Assembly: GCA_027624135.1 (NCBI GenBank)
Contig: JAQBXL010000001.1
Span: forward strand, 4,950 to 68,949
Reading direction: 5' to 3'
Length of the DNA stretch: 64,000 nt
DNA from: Chloroflexota bacterium
GTDB lineage: Bacteria > Chloroflexota > Dehalococcoidia > Lucifugimonadales > UBA3495
The number at the start of each line of letters is the position of its first letter. Within the stretch, counting starts at the first letter, position 1. A program made the position numbers and the translations under genes. The notes below the pieces were generated by a model. It worked only from the letters and a program-made list of their open reading frames with translations, was not told the DNA's origin and searched no databases. This document shows positions 27,934 through 36,940 of the stretch, one piece after another.

Positions 27934-28245
27934 ATGGTCTCACAGATACGCACATACACGATCAACAAGGGCATGATGGACTCTTGGTTGGAGCTTTTCG
28001 ACAAGGAGATTCGGCCCGTCCACGAAAGCCTGGGGATCCCCATAGTGGCCACATGGGTCAACGCCGACCGTACCGACTTTATCTGGGTGCGAAGTTTTGA
28101 TAGCATCGAAGACATTCCGGCCATGGAGAAGGCCTACTTCGCTTCACCGGGTCGCAAGGCCCTCGGCGACAAACCCACCAGCCACATCGCCAGGATGGAC
28201 GTTCGGGTGATTGAAGAAGTTCTGGGCGGCGTAGCTGTCAGTTAA
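27934..28245 (+). CDS. NIPSNAP-family protein
   Basis: IRTYTINKGMMDSWLELF...ATWVNADRTDFIWVRSF. AGAGGTG RBS. Confidence 0.75.
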   Translation: MVSQIRTYTINKGMMDSWLELFDKEIRPVHESLGIPIVATWVNADRTDFIWVRSFDSIEDIPAMEKAYFASPGRKALGDKPTSHIARMDVRVIEEVLGGVAVS

Positions 28246-28285
28246 CAGCAATCCAAATTAGTTCGAGGCAAACGAGGAGAGAATC

Positions 28286-28585
28286 ATGGACCAGATGCGT
28301 AGCTACACGATCAACAAAGGAATGATGGACTCATGGGTGAAACTGTTCGAGACCGGGATCAAGCCGGCCCACGCAGCAATGGGCATCCCAGTCGTGGCCA
28401 CCTGGGTCAACGCCGACCGAAACCAGTTCATCTGGGTCCGCCGGTTCAATAACGAGAACGACATTCCCGCCCAAGAACTGGCGTTCCGCAATTCGCCGGG
28501 CTTCCAGGGGCTTGGCAGCAAGCCGGGTGAGCACATTGCCAAGATGGATGTTCAGAGCTTGGAGCAAGGCGCCTTCGCCGCTTAA
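28286..28585 (+). CDS. NIPSNAP-family protein (paralog)
   Basis: MRSYTINKGMMDSWVKLF...ATWVNADRNQFIWVRRF. Clear paralog of 27934-28245. Confidence 0.75.
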   Translation: MDQMRSYTINKGMMDSWVKLFETGIKPAHAAMGIPVVATWVNADRNQFIWVRRFNNENDIPAQELAFRNSPGFQGLGSKPGEHIAKMDVQSLEQGAFAA

Positions 28586-28650
28586 CAGCCAATCATTTTT
28601 TGAAGTCAGCGGCCAGCATCGCGATTTGCTGGCCGCTGACCGCCGCTGCC

Positions 28651-29109
28651 TTACGCCGCTTCTTTACGCATGAGGACGTGGACTATGTCCGCTTCCAGGA
28701 AGGTTTCCCCGCGCTCGACGTAGCCGTGAGCAGCGTAGAAATCCTTGACGTATACCTGTGCGTTGAGCACGTAAGTGTCAACGCCCTGAGTTTTCGCTTC
28801 GTCTTCCAGGAACTGGAGTATTCGGCCTCCGATCCCCTTGCGCCGCCATTCGGTGTCCACTGCCATGCGGCCGATTCGGGCTGCGCTGTCCTCGTCGCCG
28901 TAGAACACCCTGCCGGTGGCGACCACCTGCCTTAGCCCCTGTTCTTGATTTTCGATTACGGCAATGGCGTGGGTGGCGGTGAAGTCGAACTCGTCCAGTT
29001 CCTCTTCGGCGGGCACCTGCTGCTCGCCGACGAACACTCGAAAGCGCACATCCATGGCCGCTTCCATCTCCTCCTCGGTTTCCACCAGCTTGATGGTTAG
29101 TTCTTCCAC
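28651..29109 (-). CDS. GNAT-family N-acetyltransferase
   Basis: RMAVDTEWRRKGIGGRILQFLEDEA (acetyl-CoA binding motif A). Confidence 0.8.
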   Translation of the reverse strand: MEELTIKLVETEEEMEAAMDVRFRVFVGEQQVPAEEELDEFDFTATHAIAVIENQEQGLRQVVATGRVFYGDEDSAARIGRMAVDTEWRRKGIGGRILQFLEDEAKTQGVDTYVLNAQVYVKDFYAAHGYVERGETFLEADIVHVLMRKEAA

Positions 29110-29158
29110 GTTTTCCTCTCTATTCTGTGCCTGCCTCCGTTTCCCGTCGCCCCTCCAG

Positions 29159-29559
29159 GGTTACCGTCATTCCAGCGAAAGCTGGAATCCAGTGGTCGGT
29201 ACGCATTCTGTATTTCGGTTTGGACGCGGCCTTCCTGGGTTCCGGCCTTCGCCGGAATGACGAAGAGAGCCTGGTCCACTGCCGTTGGGAGATACGGCGA
29301 GAAAGTACGGAAAGCTGCCCGGTCCCATCCCCATAATAAAACAAAGCCCCTTAGATAAGGTTACCGTCATTCCAGCGAAAACTGGAATCCAGTGGTCGGT
29401 GCGCATTCTGTATTTCGGTTTCGGCGCGGCCTTCCTGGGTTTCGGCCTTCGCCGGAATGACGAAGAGAGCCTGGTCCACTGCCGTTGGGAAATACGGCGA
29501 GGAAGTATGGAAAGCTGCCAGGTCCCATCCCCATAATAAAACAAAGCCCCCTGGATAAG
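29159..29559. repeat. two tandem copies of a 200-bp structured element (GTCATTCCAGCG...CGCCGGAATGAC type)
   Basis: Copy 1 is 29159-29358 and copy 2 is 29359-29559, differing at only scattered positions. Each has a local hairpin TTCCAGC-GAAA-GCTGGAA and long-range inverted ends GTCATTCC.../...GGAATGAC. Confidence 0.9.
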
Positions 29560-29616
29560 GAGGCTTTGTCCGTAGAGCCATAGTAGAGAATCCGAAAGCC
29601 CGGCTGAGCCGACCGG

Positions 29617-30711
29617 CTAGTAGACTATTACGCCTCGGCCTACCTCGCCCTTGTCCATATCTGCGTAGGCTTCGTTGATCTGGTCCAGCGAATACTGGCG
29701 AACCACCAGGTCGTCCAGGTTCAGCTTGCCGGCCAGGTACATGTCCACCAGCTTCGGCATCTCGACGCTGGAGTGGGTCGATCCATAGTAGGTTCCGCGC
29801 ATGGTCTTTTCATTCCGGACCATGTCCACAGCGTTGATCGCGGCCTCCGATCCCACCGGGGCGATGCCAACGATGGTCACGACGCCACTCTTGCCGGCCA
29901 TGTCGTAGGCGGCCTTCACCGTGTCGGCCGAGCCGAAGACCTCGAAGGTGAAGTCTGCGCCCTTGCCGCCAGTTAGCGCTCTAACCTGGGCGACCGGGTC
30001 AGTGTCCGATGCGTTCACGGTGTGGGTGGCGCCGAACTTCAAGGCGAATTCTAGCTGACTCTCGCGGATGTCCACGGCGATGATCTTGCTGGCGTTGACC
30101 AGGGCCGCGCCCATGATCACGTTCAAGCCGACGCCGCCGCAGCCGATGACGGCCACGGTGCTGCCGGGCGTCACGTGGGCGCTTTCGGTGACCGCGCCGA
30201 CCCCGGTGGGCACGCAGCAGCCGATGAGGGCGGCTTTGTCCATGCCGATGGGAGTGCTGATGGGCACGCAGCCGGTCTCGGGGACGACGGCGTACTCGGC
30301 GAAGCAGGCGGTCTTGCCCATATGGTGGATGCGCAGGTCACCCTTGTGGAGGCGGGTGGTGCCGTCATACATGAAGGGGCCGGTGGCGGCGTGGTTGTCG
30401 CAGAGGTGCGACTTGCCGGTGATGCAACTCTTGCAGCGCCCACATGCAGGCACGAACGAAAGGATGACCTGTTGTCCGGGTCGGACCGACGTTACGCCGG
30501 GGCCGACCTTCTCGACGGTGCCTGCGCCTTCGTGTCCTAGGACGACGGGAAGGGCGATGGGGGCGTCGCCGTGCATGAAGTGGCGGTCGCTGCGGCAGAT
30601 GCCGGCTGCGCCGACCTTCACGAGGACTTCCCAAGCTTTGGGATCGTCCAGCTCTAGGTCTTCGATGACCAACGGGGTCCTGGGTTCATACAATACGGCG
30701 GCTTTAACCAT
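29617..30711 (-). CDS. zinc-dependent alcohol dehydrogenase (MDR family)
   Basis: GICRSDRH, GHEGAG, structural-zinc CGRCKSCITGKSHLC, GCGGVG Rossmann motif. Confidence 0.9.
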   Translation of the reverse strand: MVKAAVLYEPRTPLVIEDLELDDPKAWEVLVKVGAAGICRSDRHFMHGDAPIALPVVLGHEGAGTVEKVGPGVTSVRPGQQVILSFVPACGRCKSCITGKSHLCDNHAATGPFMYDGTTRLHKGDLRIHHMGKTACFAEYAVVPETGCVPISTPIGMDKAALIGCCVPTGVGAVTESAHVTPGSTVAVIGCGGVGLNVIMGAALVNASKIIAVDIRESQLEFALKFGATHTVNASDTDPVAQVRALTGGKGADFTFEVFGSADTVKAAYDMAGKSGVVTIVGIAPVGSEAAINAVDMVRNEKTMRGTYYGSTHSSVEMPKLVDMYLAGKLNLDDLVVRQYSLDQINEAYADMDKGEVGRGVIVY

Positions 30712-30826
30712 CGGAAAGCGCCTCCTTCAGCGTCTAAGAATTCTAGTCTCAAGAGCGTGGGTATCATCGCGGAAGGGCGGGGGGTGTGTCAAATGGGGGG
30801 TGGGTAAAATTGCTTCCCTGACGCAC

Positions 30827-31231
30827 CTATGGGGTAGATAACCAATTCCCACGGTAATTATACGAATTAGTCAGACGACCTTTCGGTCTGATAAATCGCG
30901 CGAATGGACGTGGGACGGTGGCATCGAGCAATTCAAGTGCTTTCCAGCGATTTAGAAGCGTTCGAAGCTGGTTAACCGTATTCTCTTCGCCCGTAGTTAG
31001 GAAGACAATGCCAACTTTATAGGCAAGAATTGCCTGTTATTCACGAGGGACAGTAAGCATTTTCTTGTTGTGACTGAAAACAAGCCAACCATTCCTGCCC
31101 GCCACCTCGAGCCACTCAACGTCGGACTTTCCACCCAGACCAAGTTTGTAAAGACCGAGCGCGTTGAGTCCTACGTCACTCAGTGCGTGGGGGATGCCTG
31201 CTCCAACATCCTCATCGCACAGTAGAATCAA
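30827..31231 (-). pseudogene. DUF5615-type PIN-like toxin interrupted by an in-frame TAA
   Basis: MILLCDEDVGAGIPHAL...SDVEWLEVAGRNGWLVFSHNKKMLTVPRE, then TAA at 31037-31039. The same frame continues QAILAYKVGIVFLTTGEENTVNQLRTLLNRWKALE... to TAG at 30827. TTG start overlaps the antitoxin stop (TTGA). Confidence 0.65.
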
Positions 31232-31905
31232 GCAGCGATGCGCTCCGCGTACCGCACGGCTTCTTCGATCACAGCAGGTTCTAATTCAAAGTCGTTGGCG
31301 ATAAATTCCATTCGCTGACCAGATTTGAATCGCTTGTGAATTACCTGAATAGTGACGCCTCTGCCTACAATCGTCGGCACTCCTGAACTGATCCGTGGAT
31401 CAACTACGATGGGCAAAGATTTCCCTGCGGGATACCATTGAGCGGCCAAACCCAGTTCGTACTGTATTTGATTCATGACTCCCGCTATGAGTCCAGGCAT
31501 CGTCCATTGCGTCGGCTCGTCCATAGACTGAAAACTTTGATCTGGCGCATCTTCATGCATTCGCCGCACAATGTGGCCACCGATGGCCTCAAGGTTTTGT
31601 TGGGCAAAGGGATATTCCAAACCGAACATTGCACGAGCGTTAGAATGAGCCCTTTGTACGCGCTCATAAGAGATACGCTCTGCTTTCCGGAAGTTGGCTG
31701 CGACGATAATCTCGATGAGCTGAAGGAACGACACCATCGGCATTTGTGGCTCAGTAAACAGTGGACGCTGACGATCCCTGCCTAATAGCCAATTTCGTAC
31801 AGTGCTGACGGAAACATGCGCAAGATGTGCGGCTTCCGCAAACGTATACAAGGGGCCTGTCCGCCAGTCGTTAATTTGGTTCTCGAAAGGTCTTACTAGA
31901 GTCAT
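31228..31905 (-). CDS. DUF433-domain antitoxin-like protein with N-terminal HTH
   Basis: N-terminal YTFAEAAHLAHVSVSTVRNWL (MerR-like HTH). C-terminal VVDPRISSGVPTIVGRGVTIQVI...FELEPAVIEEAVRYA (DUF433). Confidence 0.75.
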   Translation of the reverse strand: MTLVRPFENQINDWRTGPLYTFAEAAHLAHVSVSTVRNWLLGRDRQRPLFTEPQMPMVSFLQLIEIIVAANFRKAERISYERVQRAHSNARAMFGLEYPFAQQNLEAIGGHIVRRMHEDAPDQSFQSMDEPTQWTMPGLIAGVMNQIQYELGLAAQWYPAGKSLPIVVDPRISSGVPTIVGRGVTIQVIHKRFKSGQRMEFIANDFELEPAVIEEAVRYAERIAA

Positions 31906-32559
31906 GAAACCTGACCTCCACCGTACTAGAATCTAGACGTACTTATTCTGATTCTGGATGGAGCCAAAAGCCGTGAATAAGCGATACTAATGTCGCTAAA
32001 TGCGCGAAGATTTGGTGTCAAAAAGCACCAGGATACTAGCATATCCTCGCGTCCTCTGTCCTTCGAGGATGCTTCCGAGACTTTGGCGGATTGACCGAAG
32101 GGCGATGACACCCAACCCGATATGGCCGCCAATGCGACCATACGCCCCTTAGGTCTGCCTCCAAAACGCCGAAACCCTCTCAGCATCGAAAATTTTCCGA
32201 CGATTGAACCAAAGCTCCAATTCGTCAAGAGAGCGGGGAAGACGGTAACCACCCGGATGGTGGAACCTCCCTAATTTCTCTGTCTCTAGAATACGCCAAT
32301 TCACTAACTAACGTCTGCGTTCGAACGTCACCGCCGACGATATTAACGTTGCCGCCGAGGGCGAGGTCGTAGTCTCATGCCAACCGCAATTTCTCCAACG
32401 GGGCGAAGCCGAGAAACCGCGTTTTCTAACCCACGTCACCCTCGAACTCATCGGCTATTTGGGCGTCGGCAGCGATTACGTCGCAAGCAGTGACGACTCC
32501 CTCACAGAGATAAGTATGGCACGCAAATAGAGCAGGCCCAGTTTCACGGTTCTGCAAAC

Positions 32560-32793
32560 TTACTCCTTCCCCAAATCCGCAGCGTCTAACACCTGGAAGC
32601 CGATGGTTACTTTTACTTGGTACCAGGCTACGCCGCCGTCTTTGATGTTGCCGCGTATCTCTTTGACCTCGAACCAGTCCAGGTTGCGGATGGTCTCGTT
32701 GGCCTTGGCAATGGCGCCTTCGATGGCTTGCTGCACCCCCTGGGATGATGATCCGACGAGTTCTATAACCTTATAGGTGTGCTCAGTGGTCAT
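32560..32793 (-). CDS. dodecin-family flavin-binding protein
   Basis: MTTEHTYKVIELVGSSSQGVQQAIEGAIAKANETIRNLDWFEVKEIRG. GGAGGA RBS before ATG 32793. Confidence 0.85.
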   Translation of the reverse strand: MTTEHTYKVIELVGSSSQGVQQAIEGAIAKANETIRNLDWFEVKEIRGNIKDGGVAWYQVKVTIGFQVLDAADLGKE

Positions 32794-32995
32794 GGTGATC
32801 CTCCTACAGTCGATTCCCAGTACCTGTGGAAAGCCTGGCCCGGCGCAAGGGTCTGGCGCAAGGGTAGTGTATCTAAGCAACCACTCCGAAGAAAAGGGGC
32901 CGGTTCAACATAGACTACGCCGCCGCCACCGGTAACCGTAGAGTCCCTTGGCACTTTCCTGCGGGACCATTCGGCATCTGCCCTTGCCGGACAGC

Positions 32996-34066
32996 TTACC
33001 CCGCCCGCAATACCTCTTCCGTACAGACCCGCGTCACCCAGCCGGACATCCAGGCTGAGTGACGGCCTCCTCCGCCGGCTACTATCACCACTATGTCGTC
33101 GGGGGAGGCGCAGATGGGCACCAGGGTGTCGGGGTTGGTCTGGTCGATCCAGTTGGGCCAGACTCGGTTGCCGTAGTGGGCCAGGTCTTTCAGTTGGTGG
33201 ATGGGCATGCGGGCGTTGGCGTAGATGTACTCTCGGACGTCGGCCTTCGACAGGCCGGACTTGGCAACCTCGGCGGCGTGCTCCGGGCAGAGCACCAGCA
33301 CGATCTGGGACCGGGTGCCCAGGTGGTAGTAACCAGGGATGCCGATGCCCCGCATGTTGCCCGTGATGGTGCGTAGGACCTCGATGCCGGTGCCTACGGT
33401 GCTCTCCATGACGTTGTAGACGCCCAGGATGGCGGCGATGGTCACCGTGCTGGCCGCTGCATCGTAACCCAGCTCGACATGCCGAGGCTCCCAGGGGCTA
33501 AGGCCCTCGTTCTCGCTGAAACAGAAGCTGTACCGGAAGGGCGAGGACAGCGTGGCCTTGTCCATGTCGCCGGGAATCAGTCCGCCCAGGTTCCGGATGG
33601 CCAGCCGCAGCGCCCGTCCGATGGCGGCGTTGGCCCGGAAGCCCGGCCCGAAGCAGGCCGCGTCGCCGTTGATGTTCAGTTCCTTGGCGATGGGTCCGTT
33701 GACGATCAGCACCTGGCCTGCGCCGCCAGTGGTGACCGCGTTGCCCGCCAGGTTGAACTCGTCCCGTAGCGCCGCCTTCATGGCCGCTATCACCACGGGG
33801 AAATGCTCGGGCAGACACCCAGCCATCACTGCGTTCACCGCCAGCTTCTCCAAAGTCACGATGGAGTTGCCGGGCTGGATGCGGCCCAGGGAGTCCTGCG
33901 GTTCGCCACCGTAGCCGGAGAGCATCTCGCGAACCAAGGGTTCGGTGGGCGCAACCACGGGGAGGCCGTCGGTCCAGCCTTGCTCCCAGCAGTAGTCCTG
34001 GATGGCGCGGGCAGAGTCTGGGATCTGGACGCGGCTGGACTGGAGGGAACCGGAGGCATCGGGCAT
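32996..34066 (-). CDS. conserved hypothetical protein (family not recognised)
   Basis: 356 aa, protein-like composition with coding-like codon usage. WTDGLPVVAPTEPLV and NAVTTGGAGQV segments; no domain I can name. Confidence 0.6.
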   Translation of the reverse strand: MPDASGSLQSSRVQIPDSARAIQDYCWEQGWTDGLPVVAPTEPLVREMLSGYGGEPQDSLGRIQPGNSIVTLEKLAVNAVMAGCLPEHFPVVIAAMKAALRDEFNLAGNAVTTGGAGQVLIVNGPIAKELNINGDAACFGPGFRANAAIGRALRLAIRNLGGLIPGDMDKATLSSPFRYSFCFSENEGLSPWEPRHVELGYDAAASTVTIAAILGVYNVMESTVGTGIEVLRTITGNMRGIGIPGYYHLGTRSQIVLVLCPEHAAEVAKSGLSKADVREYIYANARMPIHQLKDLAHYGNRVWPNWIDQTNPDTLVPICASPDDIVVIVAGGGGRHSAWMSGWVTRVCTEEVLRAG

Positions 34067-34089
34067 TATCTGAGATTACCCCCGTTTGA

Positions 34090-36372
34090 TTAACTTATCT
34101 TCTCGAGGGGCGCGAAGCTTAGCAGCAACCTCTTCTGGCCCACGCCGCCCTCGAACTCGATGGTTACTTCGGTGTCGGCGGCTGTTACGTCGCAGGCGGT
34201 GACCACTCCCTCGCCGAATGACGCGTGGCGGACCGAGTCGCCCACCTGCAACTTGGGGCGCGACGCCGTGGGTTGGTTCCGATTGATTATCGGAGTGGGG
34301 GCCTGCCAGTCGGACCAAGAAGAACGTCGGGCAGAACGTTGCGAAGAAAGTTGGGAAGCCGAGTTGTCGTCTGAGCGGCGATTGGCGCGTTCACCGATGC
34401 CGCTGTTGGCCGAGCCGCTGCCCGAAGCGATCAGTTCGGTTGGGATGTCGCGAAGGAACCGGGAGGCTGGTCCGGCCTGGGTGTTGCCCATCAGCGACCG
34501 GCGGAAGGCGCGGGTCAGGTACAAACGTTTCTCCGCCCTGGTCATACCCACGTAGCACAGCCGCCGCTCCTCTTCAAGCTGGTCCTCGGAATCCATCGAC
34601 CGGCTGTGGGGCAGCAGGCCCTCTTCCATACCCACCATGAAAACCACCGGGAACTCCAGTCCCTTGGCCTGGTGCAACGTGATCAGAGTTATCGAGTCGT
34701 CGTCATCTTCGTAGTTGTCCACGTCGGCGACCAACGACAGCCGTTCCAGCAGAGTGGCCAGGCCGTCGGGCGGCGTTTCCGCGTTGAACTCCTGGGCCGT
34801 GTTGCGCAGTTCCAGGATATTCTCCAACCGCTCCTGGGGCTGGTCATCGCTGCCCTGGATGAAGCTGCGGAAGCCGGTTTCCTCGAGCACGAGGTCAACC
34901 AGGTCCACCACCGGCGCCTGTTTGCTCAGTTCAATCAGCTTCTCCATCGTCACGGCGAAGTCAGCGATGGACGTGGCGGCGCGGGCGGTGATGGAGACCG
35001 GGCAAGGCTCACCGGCCAGTCGCGCTGCGGCAATGTCTTGCATGGCGGCGAACATTCCCTGGTTTTGCCGCTGGGCATGGTCGGCTAGTTGCTGCATGGA
35101 CTTGGCCCCGATGCCCCGGGGCGGCACGTTAATCACCCGGCCCAGGTTCACATCGTCGTTGGGGTTGTAGACCATGTGCAGGTAGGCCATCAGGTCCTTG
35201 ACCTCGCGCCGCTTGTAGAAGCGGATGCCGCCTACCAGCCGGTACTTGGTCCCCCGGTGCAGGCAGGCTTCCTCCAGCGCGCGCGACTGGGCGTTGACCC
35301 GGTACATGATGGCGCAGTCGCCGGCCTTGAATCCCTGTTCCCGGACCAGGCGGCTGGCCTCGCCGATAACGAAGTTGGCTTCGTCGCCCTCGTCATAAGC
35401 CTCGCGAACCTCGATCAACTCGCCCTTGGAGTTGTCGGTGAACAGGTCCTTCTGGATGCGCTGGCCGTTGATCGAGATCAGGCTCTTGGCGGCGTCCAGT
35501 ATCGTCGCGGTGGACCGGTAGTTCTGGTCCAGAGTGATGGTCTTGGACGCGGGGTAATCTCTCTGGAAGCTGAGGATATTGCGGATGTCAGCGGCGCGCC
35601 AGGAATAGATCGACTGGTCGGGGTCGCCCACCACACAGATGTTCTGGTGGCTCTCGCCCAACAGCCGAGCGAGACTGTACTGGGCCACGTTGGTGTCCTG
35701 GAACTCGTCCACCATGATGTACTGGTAACGATCCTGGTATTTCTTCTGGATCTCGGGGAACCCCTTAAGCAGTTGCACCGACTTCATCAGCAGGTCGTCG
35801 AAATCCACGGCGTTGTTGCGTGTCAGCAGTTCTTCGTAGTGATGGTAGACCCTGGCGCAGCACTCCTCAAAATAACTGTCGGCGTTCTTGGCAAACGTCT
35901 GCGAGTCCCACATCTGGCTCTTGGCCTTGGAGATCGTGCTCAGCACGGCGCGGGGCGGGTTACGCTTGGGGTCCAAGTCTGCGATTTCCATGGACTGCTT
36001 GATCAAACTTGCCTGGTCGTCTGCGTCGTAGATCGAGTAATTGGAGGCCAGCCCCAGATGTTCGCCGTCCCAGCGCAGCAGCTTGGCGCAGAAGGCGTGG
36101 AAAGTGCCCACGGTCAGTGAGTCGCTGCGAGAGCCCACCAGCCGGTCCAACCGTTCGCGCATCTCTCTGGCGGCCTTGTTGGTGAAGGTCATGGCCAGGA
36201 TGTTGTAGGGGCTGATGCCGTACTCGCGGACTAGGTAGGCGATGCGGTGGGTGATGACCCGGGTTTTGCCGCTGCCCGGTCCGGCGACGATGAGCAGAGG
36301 GCCATCGACGGTCTCGACGGCTTCCTTCTGCGCGGGATTAAGTCCTTCCAGTAGTGAGGTGCCTGTAGTCAT
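34090..36372 (-). CDS. pcrA: ATP-dependent DNA helicase PcrA/UvrD
   Basis: AGPGSGKT, MTFTNKAA, VDEFQDTN, QNYRS, TLHQAKGLEF, VGMTRA helicase motifs. ATG 36372 is preferred (a TATAAT sits inside the longer track ORF). Confidence 0.9.
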   Translation of the reverse strand: MTTGTSLLEGLNPAQKEAVETVDGPLLIVAGPGSGKTRVITHRIAYLVREYGISPYNILAMTFTNKAAREMRERLDRLVGSRSDSLTVGTFHAFCAKLLRWDGEHLGLASNYSIYDADDQASLIKQSMEIADLDPKRNPPRAVLSTISKAKSQMWDSQTFAKNADSYFEECCARVYHHYEELLTRNNAVDFDDLLMKSVQLLKGFPEIQKKYQDRYQYIMVDEFQDTNVAQYSLARLLGESHQNICVVGDPDQSIYSWRAADIRNILSFQRDYPASKTITLDQNYRSTATILDAAKSLISINGQRIQKDLFTDNSKGELIEVREAYDEGDEANFVIGEASRLVREQGFKAGDCAIMYRVNAQSRALEEACLHRGTKYRLVGGIRFYKRREVKDLMAYLHMVYNPNDDVNLGRVINVPPRGIGAKSMQQLADHAQRQNQGMFAAMQDIAAARLAGEPCPVSITARAATSIADFAVTMEKLIELSKQAPVVDLVDLVLEETGFRSFIQGSDDQPQERLENILELRNTAQEFNAETPPDGLATLLERLSLVADVDNYEDDDDSITLITLHQAKGLEFPVVFMVGMEEGLLPHSRSMDSEDQLEEERRLCYVGMTRAEKRLYLTRAFRRSLMGNTQAGPASRFLRDIPTELIASGSGSANSGIGERANRRSDDNSASQLSSQRSARRSSWSDWQAPTPIINRNQPTASRPKLQVGDSVRHASFGEGVVTACDVTAADTEVTIEFEGGVGQKRLLLSFAPLEKIS

Positions 36373-36419
36373 GAGCCGATTATAGCATGACATAAGGCTG
36401 AACTAGCCTCAAAAACAGG

Positions 36420-36599
36420 CTATTTCAGGGCAGCGGTGATCTCTTCTAGGTTGGAGATGGTACAGCGGAAGGGCAAGGCAGTGGCTAGGTATGCGTGGTG
36501 GGCTTCCTGGTTCACCGAGGCGCAGCAGCCGCCAACCGCGACGGGGTCATAACCAAGGTCGCAGGCCTGCCGGGCAGTGCCTTCAACCACGAAGCGCGA
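36420..36599 (-). pseudogene. C-terminal remnant of an isochorismatase-family (cysteine hydrolase) gene
   Basis: Frame reads (stop)SRFVVEGTARQACDLGYDPVAVGGCCASVNQEAHHAYLATALPFRCTISNLEEITAALK(stop). This matches the family C-terminus (..A.DLGY.V.....C.S......H...L). There is no start and no N-terminal half. Confidence 0.55.
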
Positions 36600-36803
36600 T
36601 CATACCTGACCTCTGGTGGGCCATCGACCCTGGGTTGCAGCCTTTTAGACGCTATTAGAGCTCCAAATAGCCGGACATTGAAGGTGGTGATATAATTTCC
36701 TTCGCTTGGACCTCAGTGGTCCCAGCGAGCCTGTGCGATCGTCATTGAGTGAAGGTGATTGTCCCCGCGATGTTGCCTGTAATCACTCTCCGGCGCTCCC
36801 AGT

Positions 36804-36871
36804 CTTGCGTTCCCTTGCGTTCCCTTGCGTTCCCTTGCGTTCCTTGGTAAACAAACTCGGGTAAACAAACT
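36804..36871. repeat. two sets of short direct repeats upstream of the aminotransferase gene
   Basis: CTTGCGTTCC x4 (36804-36843) followed by GGTAAACAAACT-cg-GGTAAACAAACT (36846-36871). Confidence 0.8.
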
Positions 36872-36940
36872 TGTGACATCCCATTGGCCGCCTCTGATCG
36901 GGTGACTTTTAGGCGGCCAGCAGATAGGACGAAAGAACCG

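Noticed and set aside
29159-29559. Possibility that any of the tandem or interspersed repeats (29159-29559, 36804-36871, 49568-49957) is a CRISPR array
   Set aside because: There is no alternation of a constant 25-40 bp repeat with unique spacers of similar size, and no cas genes are in the window.
29120-29581. Several 60-125 aa ORFs on both strands inside the 200-bp tandem repeat (VIPAKAGIQ..., AFAGMTV..., LRRNDEESL...)
   Set aside because: They are duplicated because the DNA is duplicated, they overlap on both strands, and they correspond to well-known pseudo-translations of this palindromic repeat type. Treated as repeat DNA, not genes.
35089-36120. 343-aa plus-strand ORF
   Set aside because: It is antisense to pcrA, whose helicase motifs are unambiguous. 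Shadow ORF.
36373-36393. Longer pcrA start (ATG 36393) given by the ORF track
   Set aside because: The extra 7 codons (MSCYNRL) contain a TATAAT hexamer (36386-36381 on the coding strand), and the helicase family N-terminus aligns from the second ATG (36372). The short spacing could even mean a leaderless or short-leader mRNA, but this cannot be shown from sequence alone.
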